Assembly (NCBI GenBank): GCA_964410585.1
Contig: CAYPFW010000003.1
Coordinates: forward strand, 1 to 64,000
Source of the DNA: an uncultured archaeon
GTDB lineage: Archaea > Aenigmatarchaeota > Aenigmatarchaeia > QMZP01 > JACQNV01
DNA: 64,000 nucleotides
Direction: 5' to 3'
The translations under genes and the position numbers were made by a program. A model generated the notes under the pieces. The model was not told the origin of the DNA. It did not search any database and worked only from the letters and a program-made list of their open reading frames with translations. Positions 49,303 through 57,246 of the stretch are shown piece after piece (within the stretch, counting starts at the first letter, position 1; every line of letters begins with the position of its first letter).

Positions 49303-49510
49303 GCTATCTTTTCTTTTCAGAAAAGAATCTGCATCTCCAATAAAATTGTTGCAGAGATGTCGTGTGCTTGCACACGAGCTGTGAGCACATCTTGTGTTCA
49401 CTGATGCTCACACAATCTCGTGTCCTACGCACTCTGCGAGACACGAAAGTATACCGTACCCAAAAGAAAACGATATACAGAGGTATGGTACCCAAAGAAA
49501 CTAATTTACA
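49300..49510 (+). repeat. Triple-nested composite repeat: module A containing an inverted module B that contains a further hairpin insert, plus a second A tail
   Basis: A tail TACCGTACCCAAAAGAAAACGATATACA at 49452-49479 and again at about 49484-49510; B at 49327-49445; inner insert at 49362-49415. Confidence 0.85.
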
Positions 49511-49513
49511 AAT

Positions 49514-50275
49514 ATGTCAAATCAAAAAATAACAAAAGCTGTTATCCCAGCCGCAGGAAAAGGAACACGATTGGAACCATTAACTTTAGCCATCCCTAAA
49601 GAAATGATTCGCGTAGGCCGAAAGCCTGTTATACATCATGTTATTGATGTTTTAAAAGCAGGTGGATTAAGTGAGATACTCATTATCACTGGTTGGAAAA
49701 AAGGAGCAATACATGATTACATAGGATCTGGACAAAGACTTGGGGTAGACGCATACTATAAAATTCAAGACGAACAATTGGGTCTTGGTCATGCTGTTTT
49801 ATTGGCTAAAAGCTGGGTCAAAAACGAGGATTTTGTTGTGATTTATGGTGACAATTATATCAAACCAGACTCAATAATGGAGCAAATTATTGATTTGCAT
49901 CAAAGGAAAAAATCTTATGCTACAATTGTTGTTCATCCTGTCGATGATCCATCTAGATTTGGATTAGTAAAGGCTGATAAAGATGGAAAGATCTTAGGCA
50001 TGATTGAAAAACCATCAAAAGAAGAGGCCGAGAAATATAAAACAGGAAACGAGTTCCTAAGCATATCTGGAATAGTTGTTCTAAGCCCTAAAATTTTTGA
50101 ATATATAGAAAAAACAAAACCAGGTAAGAAAAATGAGGTACAACTTACAGATGCTCTTGAATTGATGAGGCAGGCTAACCTTCCTATGTATGTTTATGTT
50201 TTCAAGGGAAAAAGGTTTGATATAGGCACGTGGGAGAGCTTAGAGGAAGTTGATAAACTAAATTTAACAGAATAG
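49514..50275 (+). CDS. Sugar-phosphate nucleotidyltransferase (GalU/RmlA-like)
   Basis: PAAGKGTRL.P...PKEM, LGLGHA, GDN, EKP and EVQLTDA motifs. Confidence 0.92.
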   Translation: MSNQKITKAVIPAAGKGTRLEPLTLAIPKEMIRVGRKPVIHHVIDVLKAGGLSEILIITGWKKGAIHDYIGSGQRLGVDAYYKIQDEQLGLGHAVLLAKSWVKNEDFVVIYGDNYIKPDSIMEQIIDLHQRKKSYATIVVHPVDDPSRFGLVKADKDGKILGMIEKPSKEEAEKYKTGNEFLSISGIVVLSPKIFEYIEKTKPGKKNEVQLTDALELMRQANLPMYVYVFKGKRFDIGTWESLEEVDKLNLTE

Positions 50276-50276
50276 A

Positions 50277-50933
50277 CTAAACACCCAATCTAAGGCTTAC
50301 TATCAGCAACAAAATATTTAATACCTCTTTTATCCCAGATACATTTATACCAACCTTTGATTTTCCAGCCTTTCTTTTCTCAAAAACAATTGGGGCCTCT
50401 CCTACTTTATAGCCCTTCTTTTGGGCTTTATAGATAAGTTCTAAGTTGATTTTATAGCCTCTTGGATTTAGAGAAACTTTGTTAAAAACATCCTTCTTTG
50501 AAGTAGAAAAGCCCGACATGTTATCTTCTATCTTTAGACCCAATATCCAAGATGTCATCTTTCTAAAAAACCAACTTACAATCTTTCTGTGAGTAGTATC
50601 CTTTGTTTTACCATTTATAATAAACCTCGATCCTATCACAATATCAAACCTATCTAATTTCGATACTAGTTTGTTTATATCCTCAGGCCTATGAGACCCA
50701 TCACCATCCATTATTACTATGATATCTCCTTTTGAGGCACTGATACCCTCTACGACAGCATTCCCAAGCCCATTTGATGTCTGTTTCAATACTTTGGCAT
50801 CTTCTAAAAAGAGGGGATTATCGCTTTTATCAACAATTATTATTTCTTTCCTTTCCTTGATATTTTTGTGTATCCTTCTTACTAGAACATTAATATAGGG
50901 CTCATTTTTTGTTGGTATAATAATTGAAATCAT
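50277..50933 (-). CDS. Polyprenol-phosphate mannose synthase-like GT2
   Basis: MDGDGSH, GSRF, DNMSGF and R.AGKSK motifs. Confidence 0.9.
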   Translation of the reverse strand: MISIIIPTKNEPYINVLVRRIHKNIKERKEIIIVDKSDNPLFLEDAKVLKQTSNGLGNAVVEGISASKGDIIVIMDGDGSHRPEDINKLVSKLDRFDIVIGSRFIINGKTKDTTHRKIVSWFFRKMTSWILGLKIEDNMSGFSTSKKDVFNKVSLNPRGYKINLELIYKAQKKGYKVGEAPIVFEKRKAGKSKVGINVSGIKEVLNILLLIVSLRLGV

Positions 50934-51148
50934 AAATTACCTGGAGTAGATTAGAAACTGTTTACTAATATTCTGTAGCTCTCTCTTTAAATTCCTGGTT
51001 ATTAATCGGTTCAACTGATAAACAGGATTTTTAAATTTTGATGAAATTTTCATATGTAAAATATATGTTCATCAAGCACTTATACAGTAAATAGTAAAGA
51101 ATTGAAAAACAAAATACAAAATTGTTCAAAAAAAGAAAAACTAAAAAA

Positions 51149-53083
51149 TTACTTCTTCAAGGCGAAGAAGTAAACAGCCAATGCAATTATAATGATTACA
51201 ACAACTATTCCACCAATTAATAATGGATTAATTGGTTGTGCCGGAGTTGTTGGCTTTTCTTCTGCAGGAGGTGTTGTTTCTTTAGGTTGTTCTGTTGGCT
51301 TTTCTTCTGCAGGAGGTGTCTCAGCAGCTGGCGCCTTCTCAGCAACTATTGCAAATGTTGAAAAGCCAGGAGTTGTAGCTGTAAATGTTACGCTTGTATC
51401 ATCTTCTGATTTAACTTCTGTTGGCAAATCATTCCAAGCATCATTTGCAAACCTTTTCAATTTGATATCTGTTTTTTCAAAACTGTTTGCTGTTAGCCAT
51501 TCTTTTGTTACTTTGAACTCTACTTGGGCCTCTTTTAGTTTAGATGCTTCTAAACCCGTCACTGTTAAGCCTAAATATGCAAATACAGTCTCAGTTGACT
51601 CCAAATCTGAAACAGTCGAAGGCTTGCTTGACAATTTTTCAGCTTTGAATTGGACACTTGAAGCAGCCTCTGTAACTGTTAAAGAAACAGCCAAGACATT
51701 TGTTTCATCTGCTTTTGTTAATTCCAATCTAGTTGGTTTGTCTGCCTCTAGAGTTGAAAATAAACCTGAACTTGAAGATGCGACAGCACCTGCTCCGCCA
51801 CCACCACCGCCGCCACTGGTTCCGCCACCAGAGCTTGTAGCAGCTGTCATTGTGAATGTAGTTACTACTTGACCACTGTTGCCTGCTTCATCTGTTGCTG
51901 AAAGAGTAGCAGTGTATGTTCCAGCTAAGTTTGTATTTGTGTATAATGAATCACATCCAACTGTTTCTGTTCCACCAGAACCAGGTCTTTGAACAGTTAG
52001 CGATGTTGAAGTTATTGTATTGTTATCGCCTGTTGTACAATCTATATAGATAGCAGATCCTTGTTCACGTGAAGTAAGGGTATTTCCAGTTGCTGAAGGT
52101 CTAAATGCTAGACTTGTTGTAGGTGCTGTTCCATCTATTGTTAATGATATAGTAGCTGTGCCATTTTGGTTATTAGCAGAGTCATTTGCATATAGCTTAA
52201 TCACACAGGTACCATCATTTATATTGCAACCAAGAGCATCTGGTGTTGAATTAACTTGGAAAACATCACTACCATCAGCAACTCTACTCATTGAAACATT
52301 TGTACCGTTTGCTGCAAATACTTGATATGTTGTATTATCTCTTACTGTCACATTTATTTTAACTCCCTGTGTTCTGTTTACAACAGTATCATTTGTTAAG
52401 TTCAGGGTTTGCATTGGGATTAGTGTATCTCTTATTGTAAAGTTGATTGTTGTAAAGTTTGAGTGACCTGTTTGATTGAAAAGGAAAACAGTCATATTAA
52501 CCTGGGTATTATTACTTATGTTAGGAACAACAAATGTCCAGGAGAAATTACCAAAACTTTCTCTGCTATCAAAAGCAGGACCGCCCCCACTACTATTAGG
52601 GAATAGGAATCCAAATGTTCCATTAAACCATGTTATATTAGTTGAATTGACTAACTGCCCACCTATCCAAGACGAATTTGTAACATTTGTTAAAAAGAAT
52701 GTCTTATTGGTACCATTTGCAGTTACATTGCTGTTTGTAACGAAAGTGAAATTAAAAGGCAACCTAACTGTAAGATTTGTTAAATTATTAGTCCTATAAC
52801 CGGTAATATTTTCACCTGCAGTAAGGTTTAAAGCCAAAGTAAAATCAACAGTAGAACCTGGTTCCAAATAAATTGTGTGATTTGTTCTGATTGGCTGACC
52901 CGGACTCTGTTGTGCTGTACCTGTAGAATGATTAGACAAATTTGTCGTGATGTTAAATACTAGGAAGCCGTCTACTGGAGTATGTAAATTAACCAAAACA
53001 AGCAATAATGCAATTAATCCAACAAAAACAACTGTACCTTTAGCTAAACCAACTAGACCTTTATAATTAGTACTTGCCCCCAT
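51149..53083 (-). CDS. PGF-pre-PGF domain surface glycoprotein
   Basis: Many N-x-S/T sequons, Gly-rich linker, TPGFSTFAI motif, C-terminal TM plus KK. Confidence 0.88.
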   Translation of the reverse strand: MGASTNYKGLVGLAKGTVVFVGLIALLLVLVNLHTPVDGFLVFNITTNLSNHSTGTAQQSPGQPIRTNHTIYLEPGSTVDFTLALNLTAGENITGYRTNNLTNLTVRLPFNFTFVTNSNVTANGTNKTFFLTNVTNSSWIGGQLVNSTNITWFNGTFGFLFPNSSGGGPAFDSRESFGNFSWTFVVPNISNNTQVNMTVFLFNQTGHSNFTTINFTIRDTLIPMQTLNLTNDTVVNRTQGVKINVTVRDNTTYQVFAANGTNVSMSRVADGSDVFQVNSTPDALGCNINDGTCVIKLYANDSANNQNGTATISLTIDGTAPTTSLAFRPSATGNTLTSREQGSAIYIDCTTGDNNTITSTSLTVQRPGSGGTETVGCDSLYTNTNLAGTYTATLSATDEAGNSGQVVTTFTMTAATSSGGGTSGGGGGGGAGAVASSSSGLFSTLEADKPTRLELTKADETNVLAVSLTVTEAASSVQFKAEKLSSKPSTVSDLESTETVFAYLGLTVTGLEASKLKEAQVEFKVTKEWLTANSFEKTDIKLKRFANDAWNDLPTEVKSEDDTSVTFTATTPGFSTFAIVAEKAPAAETPPAEEKPTEQPKETTPPAEEKPTTPAQPINPLLIGGIVVVIIIIALAVYFFALKK

Positions 53084-53196
53084 AATACAATTTATTAGAT
53101 AAACTAGTATATAAATTTATCGTTATGATTTCACACATGATCAAAGGTTGACAATAAGATAAAAATGTTTGTCCATATCTATTGTGTATGTTGATT

Positions 53197-54087
53197 ATGA
53201 AAAAAATTGTCTTCAGTATATTTGCGAAAGCAGCGGGTTTTCTAGTAAAAAAAGGTGCTGGTAAAATACCGTATACAGGTACTCTATACAGTTTTTTATA
53301 CAATAAAATAAAACCCAAGGGGATTATTGAAATAGCCGTTGAGGGGAATAAAATGTTTGTAAACTCACATGACAGCGGTATTGCGCATTTTTTACTTGTT
53401 AACAAAAAATATGAAGAATTTGAAACACAACTATTCAAAACTTTTTTAAAACCCGGAATGGTTGTGATTGACATAGGCGCAAATATCGGTTATTATACCC
53501 TAATAGCAGCCCAAGCAGTTGGTAAACAAGGTAAGGTTTATTCATTTGAGCCTGAACCAAAAAACTATGAACTACTCACAAAAAATATTCAAGTAAATAA
53601 ATTCGAAAATACACACCCCATTCAAAAAGCTCTTTCAAATAAGTCCGGAAAAATAAAACTTTATCTCGATGAGAACAATTTAGGCAATCCATCAATATCA
53701 AAAAATAACATACCAGAAGAAAAAGGCTTTGTAGAAGTTGAAACATTGACACTAGATAGTTTTTTTCAAAACAAGATAAAAAACATTGATCTAGATATTA
53801 TAAAAATAGATGTTCAGGGAGCAGAAGGTCTTGTTCTAGAAGGCTCAGAAAACATATTAAAGAAAAATAATTTGAAAATTTTTATGGAATTTTGGCCATA
53901 TGGATTGAAAAATCTTAATACAGAACCACTAGAACTTTTGCGAAGGTTAGAGTTTTATGGATTTAAAATATTTTTAATCAATCCCAAAAAGAGAGTTTTA
54001 CAGTCATTGACAAAAAAAGAAATTATTGATTTATGTGAAAAAACTAAAGACGGCAAAGGCTTTGTTAACCTCCTTCTTGAGAAGTAA
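53197..54087 (+). CDS. FkbM family methyltransferase
   Basis: DIGANIG, FEPEP and KIDVQGAE motifs. Confidence 0.92.
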   Translation: MKKIVFSIFAKAAGFLVKKGAGKIPYTGTLYSFLYNKIKPKGIIEIAVEGNKMFVNSHDSGIAHFLLVNKKYEEFETQLFKTFLKPGMVVIDIGANIGYYTLIAAQAVGKQGKVYSFEPEPKNYELLTKNIQVNKFENTHPIQKALSNKSGKIKLYLDENNLGNPSISKNNIPEEKGFVEVETLTLDSFFQNKIKNIDLDIIKIDVQGAEGLVLEGSENILKKNNLKIFMEFWPYGLKNLNTEPLELLRRLEFYGFKIFLINPKKRVLQSLTKKEIIDLCEKTKDGKGFVNLLLEK

Positions 54088-55549
54088 ACCACCCCATCTC
54101 ATATGCACAGTTTCCTAATTCGGTTCTCCAAATATCTTTTTTTCCTGTTTCTTCACAATACAAACTTCCCTTCCATCTATTTTTACACAAATAAAATTTT
54201 TCATCTAAATCCCTGCAGCCAAAAGCATGTCCCAACTCATGTGCAACTGTTATATCAGTATAGGCACCTGCATCAAGAAGGATGAATTTTCCACCATAGT
54301 AAACACCACCAGACTCTCCGCCAGATGATGGTATTTTGGGGACCAAAATCATTATTACATCGTATTTATCAAAATCAACATGCTTCGCGAGATTAGTATA
54401 AGTTGAGCTTGTATAGAAGCCCTTACTAAACTCTAGGTCGGTTTCAATGTTTGATATGTTGAAATTATATGATCCTATAAAACTGAAATTCAAATCTATG
54501 ATATCCTTTCCATTATACCTAATTGCTTCTTGCTTATAGTATTTGCTTACATTATTTCCTATTTCTGAAAGATGCTGTTTAAAATAATCAACAAACGGAA
54601 TATCAACAAAAACAAAACCAATTTTTGTGCTTCCTTTCGGATCTAAGTATCTTGTTTGTGAAAACCAATTATCTATCCTATCTATACAACCTTCACCCGA
54701 TTCACAATCACCATCGACAAAGAAAATGTTTCCAACACAAACACCTTTATAGTTAAAAAAACCATCACCACACTTTGTTGCAGAGTCATCAAAAACTACA
54801 AATTCTCTGTATAAATTTCCAAAATTAGAATCAGCCTTTATCATCGCCACATCAAGCCTCTTGTCAAGTGTTTTTGTTCCAAGAAAATTTTTGGTTATTT
54901 TAGTCCCCTTTATTTTAATTGGTACTTCTTTGATCTCATTTGATTTTAATTTAATGCCTTTTGGTGCGTCTAGAATTTCTATTTTGTTTGAATTCCAAGT
55001 TAGGTTGCTTTCTATATCATGATTTTTGTTGTTTTTTATTATTACTTTTCCTTCAGACACCTGATTCAATTTTAAAAAGTGAGGTAGGGCAATATCAAAA
55101 TCCAAAGATGTTTTATGAGTCTTATTTTCTATCAAAAAACCACTATTGCAAACTTTATTTGAATTCCTATAGCAAATACCGCTACACACAACCCCATCAA
55201 AACATTGACAATCCAAACATTCAGAATTTTCAGATCCTTCACAAATTCTGTTGAAATTGCACAAGTTCGTTTGTTTTCTCTCGCAGCTACCATTGCAATA
55301 TATTTTACCATTATATTGAACAAAACCACCAATGCAAAGTTCTTTATAAGGACAAACCTTTGACAGTTTTGGTTCCTCAATATTTTTTGGTTGTTGGCTT
55401 ATTTCAGTTTGGTTAAAAGTGTTAATTTGTGTATTCTGTTTTGGTAAGCTTACATTCCCAACTTCTTTTGTTAAATTTAAGGTGTTGTTGTTTACATATA
55501 CTGCTGCTAAAAAAGATACAAAAACTATTGCAACTATAATTAATTTCAT
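54065..55549 (-). CDS. Secreted Cys-rich protein with zinc-metallopeptidase motif
   Basis: Signal peptide, Cys-rich N-terminal part, VAHELGHAFGCRDL. Confidence 0.7.
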   Translation of the reverse strand: MKLIIVAIVFVSFLAAVYVNNNTLNLTKEVGNVSLPKQNTQINTFNQTEISQQPKNIEEPKLSKVCPYKELCIGGFVQYNGKIYCNGSCERKQTNLCNFNRICEGSENSECLDCQCFDGVVCSGICYRNSNKVCNSGFLIENKTHKTSLDFDIALPHFLKLNQVSEGKVIIKNNKNHDIESNLTWNSNKIEILDAPKGIKLKSNEIKEVPIKIKGTKITKNFLGTKTLDKRLDVAMIKADSNFGNLYREFVVFDDSATKCGDGFFNYKGVCVGNIFFVDGDCESGEGCIDRIDNWFSQTRYLDPKGSTKIGFVFVDIPFVDYFKQHLSEIGNNVSKYYKQEAIRYNGKDIIDLNFSFIGSYNFNISNIETDLEFSKGFYTSSTYTNLAKHVDFDKYDVIMILVPKIPSSGGESGGVYYGGKFILLDAGAYTDITVAHELGHAFGCRDLDEKFYLCKNRWKGSLYCEETGKKDIWRTELGNCAYEMGWFTSQEGG

Positions 55550-55551
55550 AT

Positions 55552-56511
55552 TTAAGAAATAGGATTTGATTGGTCTGGCTGACTCTGAACTATTGGAGCT
55601 GGTTCTTCTTTCTTCTTTTCAACTTCCTTGTTCAAATAAATTCTGTTTGTCCTTCCTAGTCTTTCTGTTTTTAACAGGCCTCTTTCTTCTAAATTCTTAA
55701 TAAGTCTTGATAAGGTTGCTTTTGAAAAGTCGCCTTTCTCCTGAATTTGCCTTTGTTTAGCTTTTCCACCTAGTTCTTCAAGAATTCCAATAACCTTTCT
55801 TTCATCATCCCTTAGGATTGTCATAGCTGTTTCAATCCCACCTACTCTGGTTCTATAGAAGAACAAAACAGCTATTGCAACAATAATTACACCAAACAAT
55901 AAATAAAACAGGCTTAAATCAGGCCCAACACTCTTGTATGTAGGTAAAGACTCAAAGACAATGTTTGCATTTATGCTATCCTCCTTGACAACATTTTCTT
56001 TAACCCACTCAACAAAAATTTTTCTGCCATCTGAACCCTTCACACCACTTTCTGGGGAATATGGTTTTAAAGACGATGACCCAGACAAAACTAAACCCTC
56101 TTCTAATTTCACTCTCAAAACCATTTTTTTTGCATTCAAAGGTGTTTTAGAGTTTATTTCAAATAGATAACCACTTTCAAGGCTCTTGGGGACCAAATCA
56201 GATTCAAACTCAAAGACAAGCGATCTCTGAATGCCTGTCGTATTTTCGAAATCACAAACTATTTTGCCTCCCCACTTTTCTTTTTGAAGATTGCAATCGT
56301 ATCCACCAAAATTGGCTTTATGCTGAAAATTGTTTATCTCAAAAAAGAAGGGCATTTCAATTCTGCCTTCTGGATTGTTCTCAAATGTTAGGAGAATATT
56401 ATACTTTGCTTTATCCAAATCTACAAGAACCTGATTTTCGTATATTGATAAATCAGAAGCAGAAGCTATTGGGATTATTAAGAGTGCAATTAATAAAAAT
56501 ACTAGTTTCAT
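55552..56511 (-). CDS. Membrane-anchored protein with C-terminal winged HTH (COG2512-like)
   Basis: Signal peptide, extracellular domain, TM, then Q..I......SKATLSR....LE.RG....ER.GRTN. Confidence 0.85.
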   Translation of the reverse strand: MKLVFLLIALLIIPIASASDLSIYENQVLVDLDKAKYNILLTFENNPEGRIEMPFFFEINNFQHKANFGGYDCNLQKEKWGGKIVCDFENTTGIQRSLVFEFESDLVPKSLESGYLFEINSKTPLNAKKMVLRVKLEEGLVLSGSSSLKPYSPESGVKGSDGRKIFVEWVKENVVKEDSINANIVFESLPTYKSVGPDLSLFYLLFGVIIVAIAVLFFYRTRVGGIETAMTILRDDERKVIGILEELGGKAKQRQIQEKGDFSKATLSRLIKNLEERGLLKTERLGRTNRIYLNKEVEKKKEEPAPIVQSQPDQSNPIS

Positions 56512-56542
56512 GCAGTATTATTTGTTTTAGTTATATTTCTGC

Positions 56543-57151
56543 TTAATTATCAATAAAAACATAGCCATTTGGGGTGTTTTTAACTTTTTTATATTCGCCT
56601 ATCATGGAAAGAAGAAATTTCATTGTGGCTAAATCAAAATCTTTCTTTGTTTTACCAGAGATAAAAATATTTTTGTTTTCAATTTTAACATAGGTGCTGT
56701 TTGCAAATTCAGGTGGTATTAAGACTATATTGTAAAACGGTGAATGATTAGTGATGTTTTGGTAGCTATCTATTTCTTCTGGAATATAATCTTTTGGTCT
56801 ATACCAAATGGGCAGCCTTTCCAACCAATATGTTAGTTTTATTGTTAATTCCAATGCCTCAACAGCATTGAGTGAGTTTGTTTCCTCTGTTCCCAATTTA
56901 TGAACAATATAAATTTTATCATTTTCATGGAAATAAAAATCTCTTTTAAAGTCTTCTAAGTTGGTTTCAACTATCTCAAAACCTATTTTTTCTGCTTCGT
57001 TGACATCATCCCTAAAGTTGAAAGAAACATTATTATAAAAGACTGTGATTATTTTTGAGTCATTCGGATTATTGGCGCTTATCGTTGTATATGCTCCAAC
57101 AAAAGCTACTAGAATTACTAAGATTGCTAGAACATAAAATACTTTTTTCAT
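56543..57151 (-). CDS. Hypothetical membrane-anchored protein
   Basis: N-terminal TM helix; directly downstream of the S-layer gene. Confidence 0.65.
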   Translation of the reverse strand: MKKVFYVLAILVILVAFVGAYTTISANNPNDSKIITVFYNNVSFNFRDDVNEAEKIGFEIVETNLEDFKRDFYFHENDKIYIVHKLGTEETNSLNAVEALELTIKLTYWLERLPIWYRPKDYIPEEIDSYQNITNHSPFYNIVLIPPEFANSTYVKIENKNIFISGKTKKDFDLATMKFLLSMIGEYKKVKNTPNGYVFIDN

Positions 57152-57184
57152 AATAAAAATAGAAGGAAGGATTTAAAAATTATT

Positions 57185-57241
57185 TGAACCGGCAAAAAAT
57201 AAGCCGGATTCAGTATAAAAATAAAACCTGGCCGAAGCCAG
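57185..57241 (-). terminator. Two hairpins after the S-layer gene, including C(UUCG)G followed by a U-rich tract
   Basis: Minus strand reads CTGGC-TTCG-GCCAG then GTTTTATTTTT; second hairpin CCGGC/GCCGG. Confidence 0.55.
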
Positions 57242-57246
57242 TTCAT

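Noticed and set aside
49395-49455. Hammerhead ribozyme (CTGATG...GAAA)
   Set aside because: The core reads CTGATGC rather than CUGANGA, and stems I and III cannot be formed.
49304-49495. 63-aa ORF, and the similar VSRRVRRTRD N-terminal extension of ORF 21245
   Set aside because: Both are translations of repeat module B; the real start of the second gene is ATG 21323.
3046-49510. CRISPR array or integron attC array as an explanation for the repeats
   Set aside because: Copies are dispersed rather than regularly spaced, lack RYYYAAC/GTTRRRY ends, and no cas or integrase gene is present.
50937-51053. 38-aa minus-strand ORF MKISSKFKNPVYQ...
   Set aside because: No motif or SD; it cannot be distinguished from chance.
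51249-51319. 26-bp direct repeat
   Set aside because: It encodes a duplicated TPPAEEKPT linker in the surface protein, an ordinary low-complexity duplication.
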